A stretch of 64,000 nucleotides of DNA, from the NCBI GenBank assembly GCA_028534125.1, contig CM052832.1, positions 15,378,001-15,442,000 on the forward strand, read 5' to 3'. How positions within the stretch are numbered: the first letter of the stretch is position 1; every line of letters begins with the position of its first letter. This DNA comes from Lama glama. Its lineage: Eukaryota. The notes beneath the pieces were generated by a model. It did no database searches. It was not told the DNA's origin and saw nothing but the letters and a program-made list of their open reading frames with translations. Below are positions 1 to 11,276 of the stretch, in pieces. Both the position numbers and the translations under genes were made by a program.

Positions 1-501
1 GGATGGGGCACAGAGGAGCTGGAACAGTCTGTGTTTGGGGCAAAGCTGGGGCATGATCTGCCATCCTGGCGTAGCTGGGGAAATGGTGCTTAGAGCAGTG
101 TGTGTTCTGGATCTGAGCCCAGAGTGGGTTCTGGGAGGGAAATCTGGATGGGGAGAGCTGCCGTTTGTGGGTCTCTGGGCAGGGGCACTCAGGGCGGCCA
201 GCAAGCATCCATGGGGCAGGTCATTTTGTCCACATCCAGCCTTTGGTCAGTGAGGTTCACTGAGCTCAGGGCATGACTCTGCCAGCTGCCAGCCCCGCAA
301 AGGGATGACTGCTCAGAGAAAAGACCTCTTTTAAAGGATTTTAGAACTTACGACTGCAAGCTTCTGCCCTCATAGTCCAAATGATGTCTGTAGTGAAGGT
401 GATGATAATATCCCAAAAAGTCAGTTAAAAACTTACCTGCATTTCAGTGGGAAGGGTGAGGCAGATCTACATCAGTGTTTCTCAAAGTATGCTCTGGGAT
501 T

Positions 502-627
502 GGGGGAGGTTATAGCTCTGTGGTAGAGCATAGGCTTAGCACACACGAGGTCCTGGGTCCAACCCTCAGTGCCTTCATTACATAAATAAATAAATAACCC
601 TAATTACCTACCCCCCTCAAAAAAAAA
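502..627 (+). mobile_element. tRNA-Ala-derived SINE (camelid Vic-1-like), long-tail form
   Basis: GGGGAGGTTATAGCTCTGTGGTAGAGC...CCTGGGTCCAACCC head, AAATAAATAACCCTAATTACC tail and A-run; TSD AAAGTATG(C/A)TCTGGGAT at 484-500 and 625-641. Confidence 0.9.
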
Positions 628-666
628 GTATGATCTGGGATCAACCAACTTTATCATAATCATTGA

Positions 667-698
667 TGTGTGTGTGTGTCTGTGTGTTTGTGTGTGTG
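667..698. repeat. (TG)n microsatellite
   Basis: Interrupted TG run seen directly. Confidence 0.9.
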
Positions 699-1774
699 AA
701 TGCAGATTCCCAGGCCCCATCCCAGACCTGTGAATCAGAATCTCTGGGGTCAGGGCCCAAGAATCTGTATTCAGTATGCTCCAGTTTGAGACCCACTGAG
801 GGAAGGCCAAGGCCTTGAGCCCTGGGCATTGCTTAGGTCCTGAGAGTCTGAGATAAGACCAGTGAGAGACGGGGGGGATGGCTGGTGTACAGCCTGTGCA
901 GGCCTCCTCTGGGGCCTCAGGCTGGTGTTGTCCATTAGCTGTGGGTCACTGCCTGTCTTGTCAGAGCACCCACTGGAATTAACATCTGTCCTTTCACAAC
1001 TGAACTCAAGCCAGCAAAAGGGTGGTGGGATCTTGGGTGGGGTAGCCTGTGCCCGCAGCATTTCATGATGGTTTGACACAGCTCTGGAGCTGAGACAGAC
1101 TGCCAGGGCAGCCAAAGGCAGAGCAGGGAAGTGAAAGAGGCTGGTCGGTCTCCAGGACCCCAATCTGGTGCCCTCCCTGCTCCCTGCCTGCATGTGCCAT
1201 TCCTCTGCAGCATCAGAACGGCACCCCTCTGGATGGATTTGGGCACTGGTCTTCTGCCCAGACCCCTCCTCTGCCCTGCTTCCCCCTTCAGGCTGGGTCC
1301 ATCCAGGTACCGCTTGCCCTGGGGCCCCGCTAACTTGATAGATTAATTTGTCATCACTTCGTGTATCAGTCTCTGCCTTGGGGCTTCACTCAGGAGAGTT
1401 TGTGTCTGCAAACAAGTTGGGAGGAGCTGAGTCAGGGAACCACATGACATCCCTCAGGTGAGACCACACATCCCAGCTGAGGATGACAGTGAAGCAGCAC
1501 CCATGGGCTGCTGCGACACCCAAACATGACGTTTCAAAGATGCAGAAATGCTGATTCACTCACTGGCCAGAACACAACCCACATGGTGCCAGTGTCCAGG
1601 CGCCACCCGAGGAAACACACATCTAAGGAGACACTAGGAAAAGGCTGAGAACTGGGCCCTTAGGGTCTTAGACACCTGGGGCAGGTGGCTGTGGTCAGGT
1701 TTGGGATGGGAAATGGCCTCAGGCTGTGCAGGCTTCTTGTTTCGCCTGAGAAGAAAAGTAGTATCAACCAGCCC

Positions 1775-1980
1775 TTACCTGGTGTTCACTCAGTACCAAA
1801 CATACTGCAAGTAATTTCCGTGGACTAACTAACTCACATTTAGTCCTAACAACAACTCTCTGAGGAAGGTACATTTCATAGATGAGGAAACTGAGGCACA
1901 GAGAGTTTACCTGACTTGCCTCAGGCCACACAGCCAGTGAAAGGCAGAACCAGGATTCAAAGCTCCAAGGTCTGGCTCCT
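1775..1980 (-). mobile_element. MIR SINE
   Basis: Reverse MIR core AGATGAGGAAACTGAGGCACAGAGAG...CACACAGC...CCAGGATTCAAA. Confidence 0.8.
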
Positions 1981-3764
1981 GAATGTGGGCTCTGGGCTCC
2001 CCAGGCCCACTCCACCAGTGACTGTCACTAAAGAGGCAGGCTCCTCAGATGCCAGTGCTCAGGGGTCATCCAGCCCAATGAGGGAGGGGAGGTTTCTTGT
2101 CCAGAGTCATTCAGCTAGTGACCTCAGATCAGAGGGACTCAAACGCCCATAAGGCTACCACAGGGGTTTCCCCTTTTCTTTCTGTTAGGGGCAGCCCAGA
2201 AGGCCTCACGCCACGGAGCACACCTACTCCCTTCTCACCCTGCACAGGGATGGCATCGGAGTGCTGGGCAGGAGCATCATCCCCAAGGACGGCCTTCCTG
2301 TGCCAGCAGCTTGCCCTGGACCTTTCGCTGGGCTCCCTGGGCATGACAGCCCCTTGGGGCTGTGTTCCTCTGCCCCCCAGGCTGCCTGTCAGCTTTGGGT
2401 GAGTAAGGACATACTCCTAGGTCTAGTTGGTTAATGGATAAGCCAGATTCGTATTACAGACGCGTTGAATAAATATTCTCATGAGTTTAAAAATAAATAC
2501 ATGACAGAATATTCACGGAAGCTGCTCGGCCAAATCGAAATTGCTGGGATGTTCTGGGCACGGCAGTGAGCACTCTTGTCTGCCCAGCAGACGTGGTCAC
2601 AAGTCAGGGTGCCTGGGGAGGGCTGGTGAGCAGGCAGATGGGTGCTCTGGCTGGGTCCCCCACTTTCCTGGCCAAGCAGGGGCAACAGAGTGTTAGGAGG
2701 CCTAGTCCTCACAGACACACAGGGAAGCTGGCAGCCAGGCCAGGGCCAGTGTGGCTCTTGACTTAAAGAACAATCCAGGTCCCAAGGAGCCCAGATTCCA
2801 CTGACAATGCTGCTCCTGTCATTGGCAGGCAGCTGGAGATTACCTGCAAGACTGCTATGTGCTGTGGTCCCAGCTTTCACAGGGAAGGGCTTGGCTGAGC
2901 TGGGAGGGCTGTGAGAGAGGGAGGGAAGACAGATAGATGGAGACAGCCAGGCAGAGGCACACGGGAGACGGAGCTAGAGGGCAGGGACACGGAGTCTGGC
3001 TGGGTAGCTCTGACAAAATGAGAAATAGGAATGACTTTTGGATTTTATTGGTTTTGGGTTATTTGCACCTCTGCTAGCCTCCACCTATTTAGACACTCAG
3101 AATGGATGAGATCAGACAAGAGCTGGAGCCCAGAGAAGCAGGTGAAGGTCGCATTTCCTGTCCCTCCAGGGAGGCCTCCTGGGCCCAGGGCTCCCCAGGA
3201 CTGTGGTTTCTGGTAGGCCTGTCACCATAGCATCACAGATAGGAAAGGCCAAGGGGCCGCCGGATGGTAACTTGAACTCCACAAAATCCGAAAGGGCTTT
3301 GCCCTTGGCCGGCATACCTTCCTGGCTCCCCAGGCAGCCAAGAGGCTCCGAACTCCCCAAGGACAAGCACAGAGCCCAGCAAGCTCCCCTCACTTCTTGA
3401 ACATGGGGTGGGAGGGCGGCTCTGGGGCCTGGGAGTGGTTCCCAGGTCAGTCCTCCTCCCCGGAACCAGCAGAGCCACCCTCCCGCCAAGGAATCAAGGC
3501 TGGAAATATAATAGCATGTCCTTGGGCTCCTTAGCACTCCCAGTCCTCTGCACTGATGGCCCTCTCACGAGGTGGTGGCACCATGGCTTCTCTGTTTGCT
3601 CCCACGTAACAGAATGACCAGGACAAATGTGACCGGAGACACAGCAGGAGTGTTCCTCATCCACACACGGGTAAACATAACATGATGACACCAGTGTCTC
3701 CCGATAAAGTTCCATGTGACAACTTGATCTGTCTCCCATATCTAGGTCAGGCGTGGCCTTCTCA

Positions 3765-3930
3765 GAGCTCCACCCTTTACCAACTGTGTGACCTTGGGCG
3801 AGTTATTCAATCTCTCTGGGCCTCAGTGACCACAGTCAAGCAGCCTGCAGGCTTGCTATAACTTAGCAATAAACAAAACACACATAACGCTGGTGTACAG
3901 TAGGTGTAAAAGACCAGGCAGTGGTTATTA
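3765..3930 (+). mobile_element. MIR SINE
   Basis: CTGTGTGACCTTGGGCGAGTTATTCAATCTCTCTGGGCCTCAG MIR core. Confidence 0.75.
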
Positions 3931-4447
3931 CTATGTACTTATTTCACCGACCTGCAGTCAGCCCTCTGCTCTTGTGAGCAGAACAGCTCTGTGGGCTCGG
4001 TCTAGGGATGCCTGCAGGTGTCCAGGTAAACTACAGAATGCCAGATTCAAGTACGCAGTTATCATTAGCATCATCATTACTTCACGGGACATTGGGACCT
4101 GGGATGAGCTGAGAAAGAGCAGTTTTTTAAGGAGCTGGAGGGAATGGAAGGTCACTCTGAGGCTGCAGAACTAAGACACTGGGAACCTGAGATGACAGGG
4201 CTGGCCCAGGGAGACCGCTGAGCTAGGCACAGATGGGTCTGGAGAGCAACTTGCTGAATTATAGAGCAACCCTGAGAGTGAGTGTCTGCTCTGAGCAGCC
4301 CAGGAGAGCCGGGCAGGGACACATGAAGACGAATCAGCTGCCTTGACTGCTGGTTCAGCAGAAATGACCACTTACGCTGAAGTAACCAAGGGGCGGGGGG
4401 AGGAAATAAACACCTGGGAGGACGTGGTCACATGCAACACTCCCACT

Positions 4448-4775
4448 CTGTCAGGGTCCCAGAGGGAAATGAGTGGTACGTGCAAAGGGGATTAAATAAA
4501 GAGAATTTTTAAAGGGGCTATTTGCAGAAGTGCACGAGGATTAAAGGAACAACAGGAGTTGGTGAGGCAGCCAAGAGAGCCACACTGCAGCAGGGAGGAA
4601 ACCAGAGGGATAACAGCCCCAACCTTTCTCTTCCCCCTTCCCCCCACCCCGGCACCTGCCAATGTCCCTCATTGGCCAAACCGGCCAGCAAGAAGCCATT
4701 GGTGCAGTCATAGAGTCAGCCCCTCAGGCACAAAGCAGGGTGGAGACGAGTGGAGAGTGGGTTGGTAGAAGGAGC
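4448..4775. mobile_element. Old ERVL-class solo LTR (LTR33/LTR41-like)
   Basis: Begins TGTCAGGGTCCCAGAGGGAAA...AAAGGGGCTATTTGCAGAAGTG, resembling old ERVL LTR ends; family from memory. Confidence 0.45.
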
Positions 4776-5879
4776 AAAGAGAGGATCCTCCCCGCCATCC
4801 ACTGCAGGAAGGGCAGGGAACCAAGGACTCTAGAGACCTGGTTCTCGCAAAACCATCTGTGTGGCCATCTCCTGTGCACGACCGAGTGTATCGTCCATCT
4901 TCCCCAGGACTCTGGCGAGGCTGGACACCCATTGGATGCCAAACCCCACAGAGGGAGGCCTGGACTCTGCCACCAGAGCGAGAAGTACAAAGCGGGTGAC
5001 TGCAGAGCCATGAATGTACAGGCCAGAGCTACTGACCCTACCTGGCCAATGTCCCAAAGGAGAGGCTTGGTTAGCGCATCCATTCAATGGGTGTGCTCAC
5101 ACCCTTCACTGTCAGCCCACACCTGAAGTTAGAGGTCAGGCCCTGATCACAAACACCGGGGGTGAGGAGGTACTGTCAGTTGGAGAAATCTCACGAGTCT
5201 CCTGTTTTCTATCACAGAACCACGTTCTGTCAATAATCTTCTTGTGCCGAGCGTCCAACCAAAGGAAACAGGGCATGTCAGTGTGAAAGTCAGAGATGGG
5301 GGAGGATGAAAGAAGGGGCAACTGGAGCCCCACGAGGCTGTTTGAGGAAGGCTTCCTGGAAGAAGCTGGTCAGATAAAGAGAAATGGAGGGGAGGGAAAG
5401 GGTGATGAAGGAGGCAGAAGGCACGGGGGAGGAGGGACGGGCCCCTGACTTTTTCACTGCCACCCAGAGGTGGAGGCCCTCTTTGCAGAGGACCAGCTCA
5501 GATGCCCCAAGGTAGGGCCCAGGCGGCATGCTGTGGTATGACTAGAAGGTGTGACTGTGCACAGAGGAACCGGAATGTGAGAATAAAATGTACATGCTGC
5601 TTTGTTTAAAGCGTGAAGGGGCAGAAAAAAATGCAACAAAGCAGAGCCTGTGCCAAGATCAGCCCAAGGCCATTTTCTGCAGGCTCCATGGCTCTGGGCT
5701 CATTCTGGAACAGCATTGGGTTCAGGCCAGTCCCCAGAGCTCTTGAGAGAGGAGTCAGAGAAGAGGGGAGGTTGACCAGTGTCATTAGAGTACAATTCAA
5801 AAGGCCATCGGCCATTGCACTCACTCAGGTAAGTGCCATCTGGTCTCTCAACCCTTCCCCCTGCCCACGTGCTCTGCAG

Positions 5880-6090
5880 GCACCATCACCGTCCACCTCC
5901 GGAAAGACAGCCGAGGCCATCTCAGCCTGGTCGCCAACCCACTGAAGGAGAATCGGGGGCCCTTCAAGGTCTCCACGGAGTCAGCGGCCGTGGCAATATT
6001 GCAGACTCTCCAGCAGACCGGAGGAGGCGGCGGCGCCCTCACCCTCGCCCAGTGGCAGCACACGCAGCTGGCACACTCGCTCAACGAGAG
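5880..6090 (+). CDS. IP6K3: Inositol hexakisphosphate kinase 3, internal coding exon (211 nt)
   Basis: ctgcag|GC ACC ATC...GAG AG|gtaagg; encodes (G)TITVHLRKDSRGHLSLVANPLKENRGPFKVSTESAAVAILQTLQQT..., matching IP6K3. Confidence 0.93.
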
Positions 6091-7213
6091 GTAAGGGGGC
6101 CACCTGACAGGATGGCAGAAACCAGGCAGATTGTCCCTAGCAGGGCCCTGCTCCCACTGTGCCCAGGTCGACATTTCCCCATGAGGGCTGGAGCCAAAAA
6201 AATGAGAAACTCAGATGAAGGCTCTGTCTAGAATAACCAGTGTGGCCAAAGAAAGGAAGGCGTTTTCTTTCGTGCCATTTTTAGAGGGAGGATTTCGATG
6301 CTTTTCATCTCAGAAGGGGATGCACACACAGCATCCTATACAGAGTAGGCATTCGGTATAGGTTTGTTTAATTAAATACCTGTTTCACTGAGACCATGAA
6401 GGGTCTCTTGGGGGGAGAATGTGCAGAGCAGAAGCCCCAGAATAGTTGACATAAAGGAAAAGTGTGGCTAATGTCTCTCGGAAATCATCTTTCCTTAGAG
6501 GTAGGGACAGGACGAGGAGAGAGGTCAACGCAGTGCTCGGGGGGGCCCTGGAGACACAGGCAGCTCAGGGCACCCGAGGTCCTTGGAGAGGTCTCCAAAA
6601 ACTCTGTTAGTGTTAGCTGACCTTTCTCAGGTGAAAACCATCCCTGGGGATTTTTTAAACATTTATGGGAAACAAAAGGGAGCTAATACAATGAAAGCGC
6701 CTCCCTTCCCCAAGGAGTATTGCAGATCTAATTAAGCCTCCTGGCTTGGTGTCAGGAAGTGGAGAACATTATCTCCATGTCACAGACGGGGAAGCCAAGA
6801 TGCCAAGAGGGCAGGGGAGAGGGTGGACCAAGGATCCATGATTCTCACCCGATGGCATTTGAGGTCTCCAGGAGATAACGACACAGGAACAGCCTAAAAC
6901 CTTCAGTCTTCTGGTTCCAGGCAGGGTCTCTGCCTCCATACAGTGTTTTCTTCTGTAGGGAGTTAATAACCCAGATCACTTACAAGTGAATTTAAACCGC
7001 CTCAGTCCCCTGAGGAGGTGACATGCTCTGTGAGTTTAGAGAGACCCCTGGAGGCCGGCAGCATGGACTGACCTGGTGCGACTGAGTGGGGCAGGAAGGG
7101 CACTGGGAGGCTCTGCAAGACAGTAGCCAGGAACAGTCCACATCAGCGTCCAGCCCCGGAGAGCCCAGTCAGTCACAAGTGCCCTGACTGTCGTGTGCTC
7201 CCCTGGCCCGCAG

Positions 7214-7389
7214 CCCGGCCACGAAGCTCCTGAGGTCTGAACTCCACCTCGAGGCCCAAGTGCCCTCCCTGACGGAAGATGCTAACGGCAACCAGGCCGA
7301 GAAGAGAAGCTTTAACCCGTGGGGCCTGCACTGCCACCAGGCCCACCTGAGCCGCCTGTGTACTGAGTACCCAGAGAACAAGCGGCACC
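7214..7389 (+). CDS. IP6K3: IP6K3 coding exon (176 nt) ending at a U12-type donor
   Basis: cgcag|C CCG GCC...; encodes ...EDANGNQAEKRSFNPWGLHCHQAHLSRLCTEYPENKRH; donor C|GTATCCTC. Confidence 0.95.
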
Positions 7390-8494
7390 GTATCCTCGCC
7401 CACTCTGCCGCCCACCATACACGGTGCTGCCAGGGGCACGGCAGAGACAAATGCGGGTGGGGTGGGAAGGGGAGACACACACGCAGGGCCAAGGGAGGGG
7501 TGAGGGGAGAGACTGATGGGCCGGAGAATGGGAGGCACAAGCCCTCAAACCTGGGTCCTAAAAGAAACCAGGTCTCTCCAGAAAGAAAAATTAGCCGCTG
7601 GGAGAGTCAGACTGAGAATTAAGCTGAACACAGTACCCCTACTTGGGCCACTGATCATGTCTCTGCCGCCTGGGCAGTACGGATGGGTTGGGCTGGGGGT
7701 CTCTGTGGGCAGATGGGAATGATGACTGCCGCACTGGGTGGGGGCAGTGGGGTTGCTCAAAGGGTGGGTCCTTGCACCCCAACCTCCCTTCCACCCCTCC
7801 CAATTCTCCCCACAGCCGTCTTCTCATGGAGTTGGTGGGTGAGAAGGGTATGTGTTTTCTCTCTTAGGAAGATGCCTGTGGGGTGGACCCTTAGGAGAGG
7901 CACTCCCCCATCCCCCTAAGGCTGCACATATTCAGCAAATTCAGGCTTGAAATGCCCCCTTTATCACCACTGGACTCCTTCCCGCAAAACCGGTGGCCTG
8001 TTTCGTAATATTTACTAAGATACATCTACAGCCTGAATCCCTAAGAAGCTTTTGCAGGATAATTACTCCTCTGAAATTAATATTCCTGCAACTCATCTCT
8101 GAAGCTAATATCAACCCACGTCTCCCGAAAGGTACTGGCCCATTCAGTGAGTCGAGGTTTTAGCCTTATGATTTTCTACCATAAAATGTAAATTGAGCAT
8201 GGCCTGCCAGGGATTTCACGCCTGCATTTAAATTCCAACCTTAGAGCGAAAAGGAAAAGAAGCTCACATACTTGTAAACTCCCCCTAAGTAAATGGACTT
8301 ATTAAAGCAGCCTGCAAAGTTAATACCTTGAATTCTTAATAGTGAGGACAGACTGGTCTGTAATGAGAGACACAGGAGTGGAGGGATGGGGCTCAGAGGA
8401 GGGAATCTCCAGCCAGCTTCTGAGGCCTGCGAACTGCCGCTGGTGAGCAGGGGCCTTTATGTCCTTGGAGCCTTCCTTAACGTAGTGTGACCAG
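7390..8494 (+). other. IP6K3: U12-type GT-AG intron of IP6K3
   Basis: 5' splice site GTATCCT; branch site TTCCTTAAC (8473-8481) ending 13 nt before the intron end; no polypyrimidine tract. Confidence 0.92.
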
Positions 8495-8670
8495 GGTTCT
8501 TGTTGCTGGAAAATGTAGTGTCACAGTACAAGCATCCCTGCGTCCTGGACCTGAAGATGGGGACCCGGCAGCACGGGGATGATGTGTCAGAGGAGAAGAA
8601 GGCCCGGCACATGAGGAAGTGTGCTCAGAGCACCTCGGCCTGCCTGGGCATGCGTATCTGCGGCATGCAG
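8495..8670 (+). CDS. IP6K3: IP6K3 coding exon (176 nt) with the inositol phosphate kinase PxxxDxKxG motif
   Basis: ccag|GG TTC TTG...; (R)[58 protein letters not shown]|gtaggt. Confidence 0.97.
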
Positions 8671-8904
8671 GTAGGTGGCAGAGGGCCTGCTGAGGGGCTG
8701 AGCATCCCAGCATGTCCCCTAGGGACAAGGATGTCTCCCATCCAGACACCGCTGCCCTGCCCCTGTAGGGCTCTTCACTTTGCAAGAGCAACAGAGGAGG
8801 CAGCCAGGCTCCTCTTTCACCAAGGAAATGCGAATCCTGGTCTAGGACACACTGGGTTTTTTAAAGAGCACCTTGTAGGATAGTAGTGTCAAAACCCACC
8901 ATTT

Positions 8905-8992
8905 AGAGAGGAGGATGTAGCTCAGTGGTAGAGGGCATGCTTAGCATGCACAAGGTCATGGGTTCAATCCCCAGTGCCTCCATTAAAAAAAA
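8905..8992 (+). mobile_element. tRNA-Ala-derived SINE, short form
   Basis: GATGTAGCTCAGTGGTAGAG...GGGTTCAATCCCCAGTGCCTCCATT followed by an A-run. Confidence 0.9.
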
Positions 8993-9006
8993 CCACACAC
9001 ACATAC

Positions 9007-9136
9007 CTTTTTGATGGGGGAGGAGGTAATTAGGTTTTTATTTACTTGTTTATTTATATGGAGGTACTGGGGACTGAACACAGGACCTTGTGCATGCTAA
9101 GCACACACATTACCACTGAGCTATACCCTCCCCCTC
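9007..9136 (-). mobile_element. tRNA-Ala-derived SINE, long-tail form
   Basis: Reverse complement of the same family: GGTAATTAGGTTT...GGAGGTACTGGGGACTGAAC...TACCACTGAGCTATACCCTCCCC. Confidence 0.9.
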
Positions 9137-10850
9137 AAAACCCCACCATTTTTTAACTCTGGTAGCTGGAACTTTCCATAGTGGCCATGTAGGTCCTACC
9201 AATATTGAGAGCAGAGCTTTGATGACAGTGTGTGAGCAGGGCTGGGGAGAGAACCGAGGGAAAGCTTCTCTGTGTGCTCCGTGGATTCCTCATTCTCTTG
9301 AACGATGAAGCTGAGCCTTCTCCTTCTCAGATGCCGTGAGGCAGTCTGCTCTTTGAATCCTTATTAGACATTCCCTCTTCTTACTACGCCTTTAGTGCTT
9401 CTTCTTGCTACTTGCTCTGGTTCACAAAGTGGGAAGGTCGTAACCCGCTAAGCCCAGCAAAGGTATGGTTAATTTTTTATTGCTCAGACTCCAAGCCTCA
9501 TTTTTTGCTGCTCTGATGTAGCTTAAGGCTGGGGCAGCAGGGGAACAGGAGGAAATAAACTTTCTCTACTCGTTCACTCTGAGAGTCTATCTATTCAAAG
9601 CAAAAACCAGACACCGATTTGACGGTAAATGTTATAGCTTTCTTTAATTGAAACTGCCACCATTTGAAGCTGGAAGTTGAGTCTATAAATTTGTTACACA
9701 GATGTCCCTTGGAAGGCTTGGAATGCAGTCCTCAAGAGAATGGAGTGTGATGATTTGTGGTGCAAATGGAATCTTTCTCTGGACCTCAAACCTCCTGAAA
9801 TTGATCTGATTTATTTAGGAAGTGATGCCTGTCATGTGTTTATGATGGCTAATTTAGCAGCCAGTCTCCAGTCCTCCAAAGGCAATACCAGGTCTATTGT
9901 ATCTTTCGAATTCTTTCATCTCTGGTTTTCTGTTAACATGTCATGTAATTCAAAGGCAGGGGAGACCTGAGAAACTGTCTTGACCAGATACGGGCAGCCC
10001 TTTCCAGGTGTGCCAGGCAGAGGTATGCCAACTCACATTCTGGGCATGCCAGCCGCTGGCCTCCATTCAACCTCTGCCGATGCCCATGCCATCTGAATAA
10101 AATGGGAGCGGCTGCCACTGTCCCCCCATCAGCATCTCTCCTCCATCTGCTCCCTTCTGGTGGCCAAGACATGACAAGGGAGGGGAGGGGAGGGGAGCTG
10201 GTGCCAAGGAGAGGAGCCACCCAGCCCCACAGAACTGCTTTGAGCCCTCCCTGCTCCATCCAGGCTCCACTGAGCTGCACTGGCTGCCTGAAAACTCCAT
10301 CCACACCTGATCCAGCCTGTCTTTTCATCTTCAAACAACTCACCCCCACTCTATCCCCAGAGCTGATATGGTTTCCTTAGTATCTGCAGAGAAGGGACTT
10401 TATAAACTTTGCTGGGGAAAATTGAATCTAGTTGGCTTTCCAAGGCCATTGGCTGTGATTTCAGACTCCTACTAAAGCTTTCTCGCTTGGGTTTGCTAAT
10501 ATTTGAATTGAAGAGGGCTGGAAGCCAGGCTTTAAATCACGATTTGGAGGTTGACATTGGAAATTCACAAGAAAGGAGATCCAAACCTTTTCCTCGTGGG
10601 TGGAGGGTCACCTCTGCAGGGTGAAGGATCTTTAGACCTTGGATTCCTATTAAAGGCTTGCACAGAAAGCAATTTTAAAAAGTTACACCAGTGCTTGATG
10701 AACGATCATCTTTCCATTCATTGCAACCATTCTTGCCCTGCTTCTCAAAAAATCTGTATATATATTAGCTTGTGATGCTGCCACTGTAGCAGATGCGATT
10801 TTTTTTTAAGTTTGCAGTTCTTCACATTTCTGTCTTCTTTTTAATGTAAG

Positions 10851-11276
10851 GTTTATCAAACTGATAAGAAGCACTTTCTCTGCAAAGACAAGTACTATGG
10901 AAGAAAACTGTCAGTGGAGGGTTTCAGACAAACCCTCCATCAGTTCCTGCACAACGGAACCCGCCTCCGGACGGAGCTGCTGGAGCCCATCCAGCGCCAG
11001 CTCCGGGCCCTCCTCTCGGTCATTAGGAGCCAGAGTTCCTACCGGTTCTACTCCAGCTCTCTCCTCATCAGCTATGATGGGCAGGAGCCACCGGAGACTT
11101 CGCAGACGACCCACGGCAGCAATGCTGGAGGAGTCGTCAAAGTTGACATCCGGATGATCGACTTTGCCCACACGACCTACAAAGGCTCCTGGAATGAACA
11201 CACCACCTACGAGGGACCAGATCCGGGCTATATTTTTGGCCTGGAAAACCTCATCCAGATCCTGCAGGATATTTAA
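10851..11276 (+). CDS. IP6K3: IP6K3 last coding exon (SLL and MIDF motifs; stop TAA 11274-11276)
   Basis: taag|GTT TAT CAA; VYQTDKKHFLCKDKYYGRKLSVEGF...RFYSSSLL...VDIRMIDFAH...GPDPGYIFGLENLIQILQDI*. Confidence 0.97.
   Translation, partial: VYQTDKKHFLCKDKYYGRKLSVEGFRQTLHQFLHNGTRLRTELLEPIQRQLRALLSVIRSQSSYRFYSSSLLISYDGQEPPETSQTTHGSNAGGVVKVDIRMIDFAHTTYKGSWNEHTTYEGPDPGYIFGLENLIQILQDI

Larger units (their letters stand above)
473..798. mobile_element. MER5-type hAT-Charlie DNA transposon fossil, interrupted by a SINE and a (TG)n tract
   Basis: Terminal inverted repeats CAGTGTTTCTCAAA (473-486) and TTTGAGACCCACTG (785-798); internal AATGCAGATTCCCAGGCCCCATCCCAGACC...GAATCAGAATCTCTGGGG typical of MER5A. 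Confidence 0.8.
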
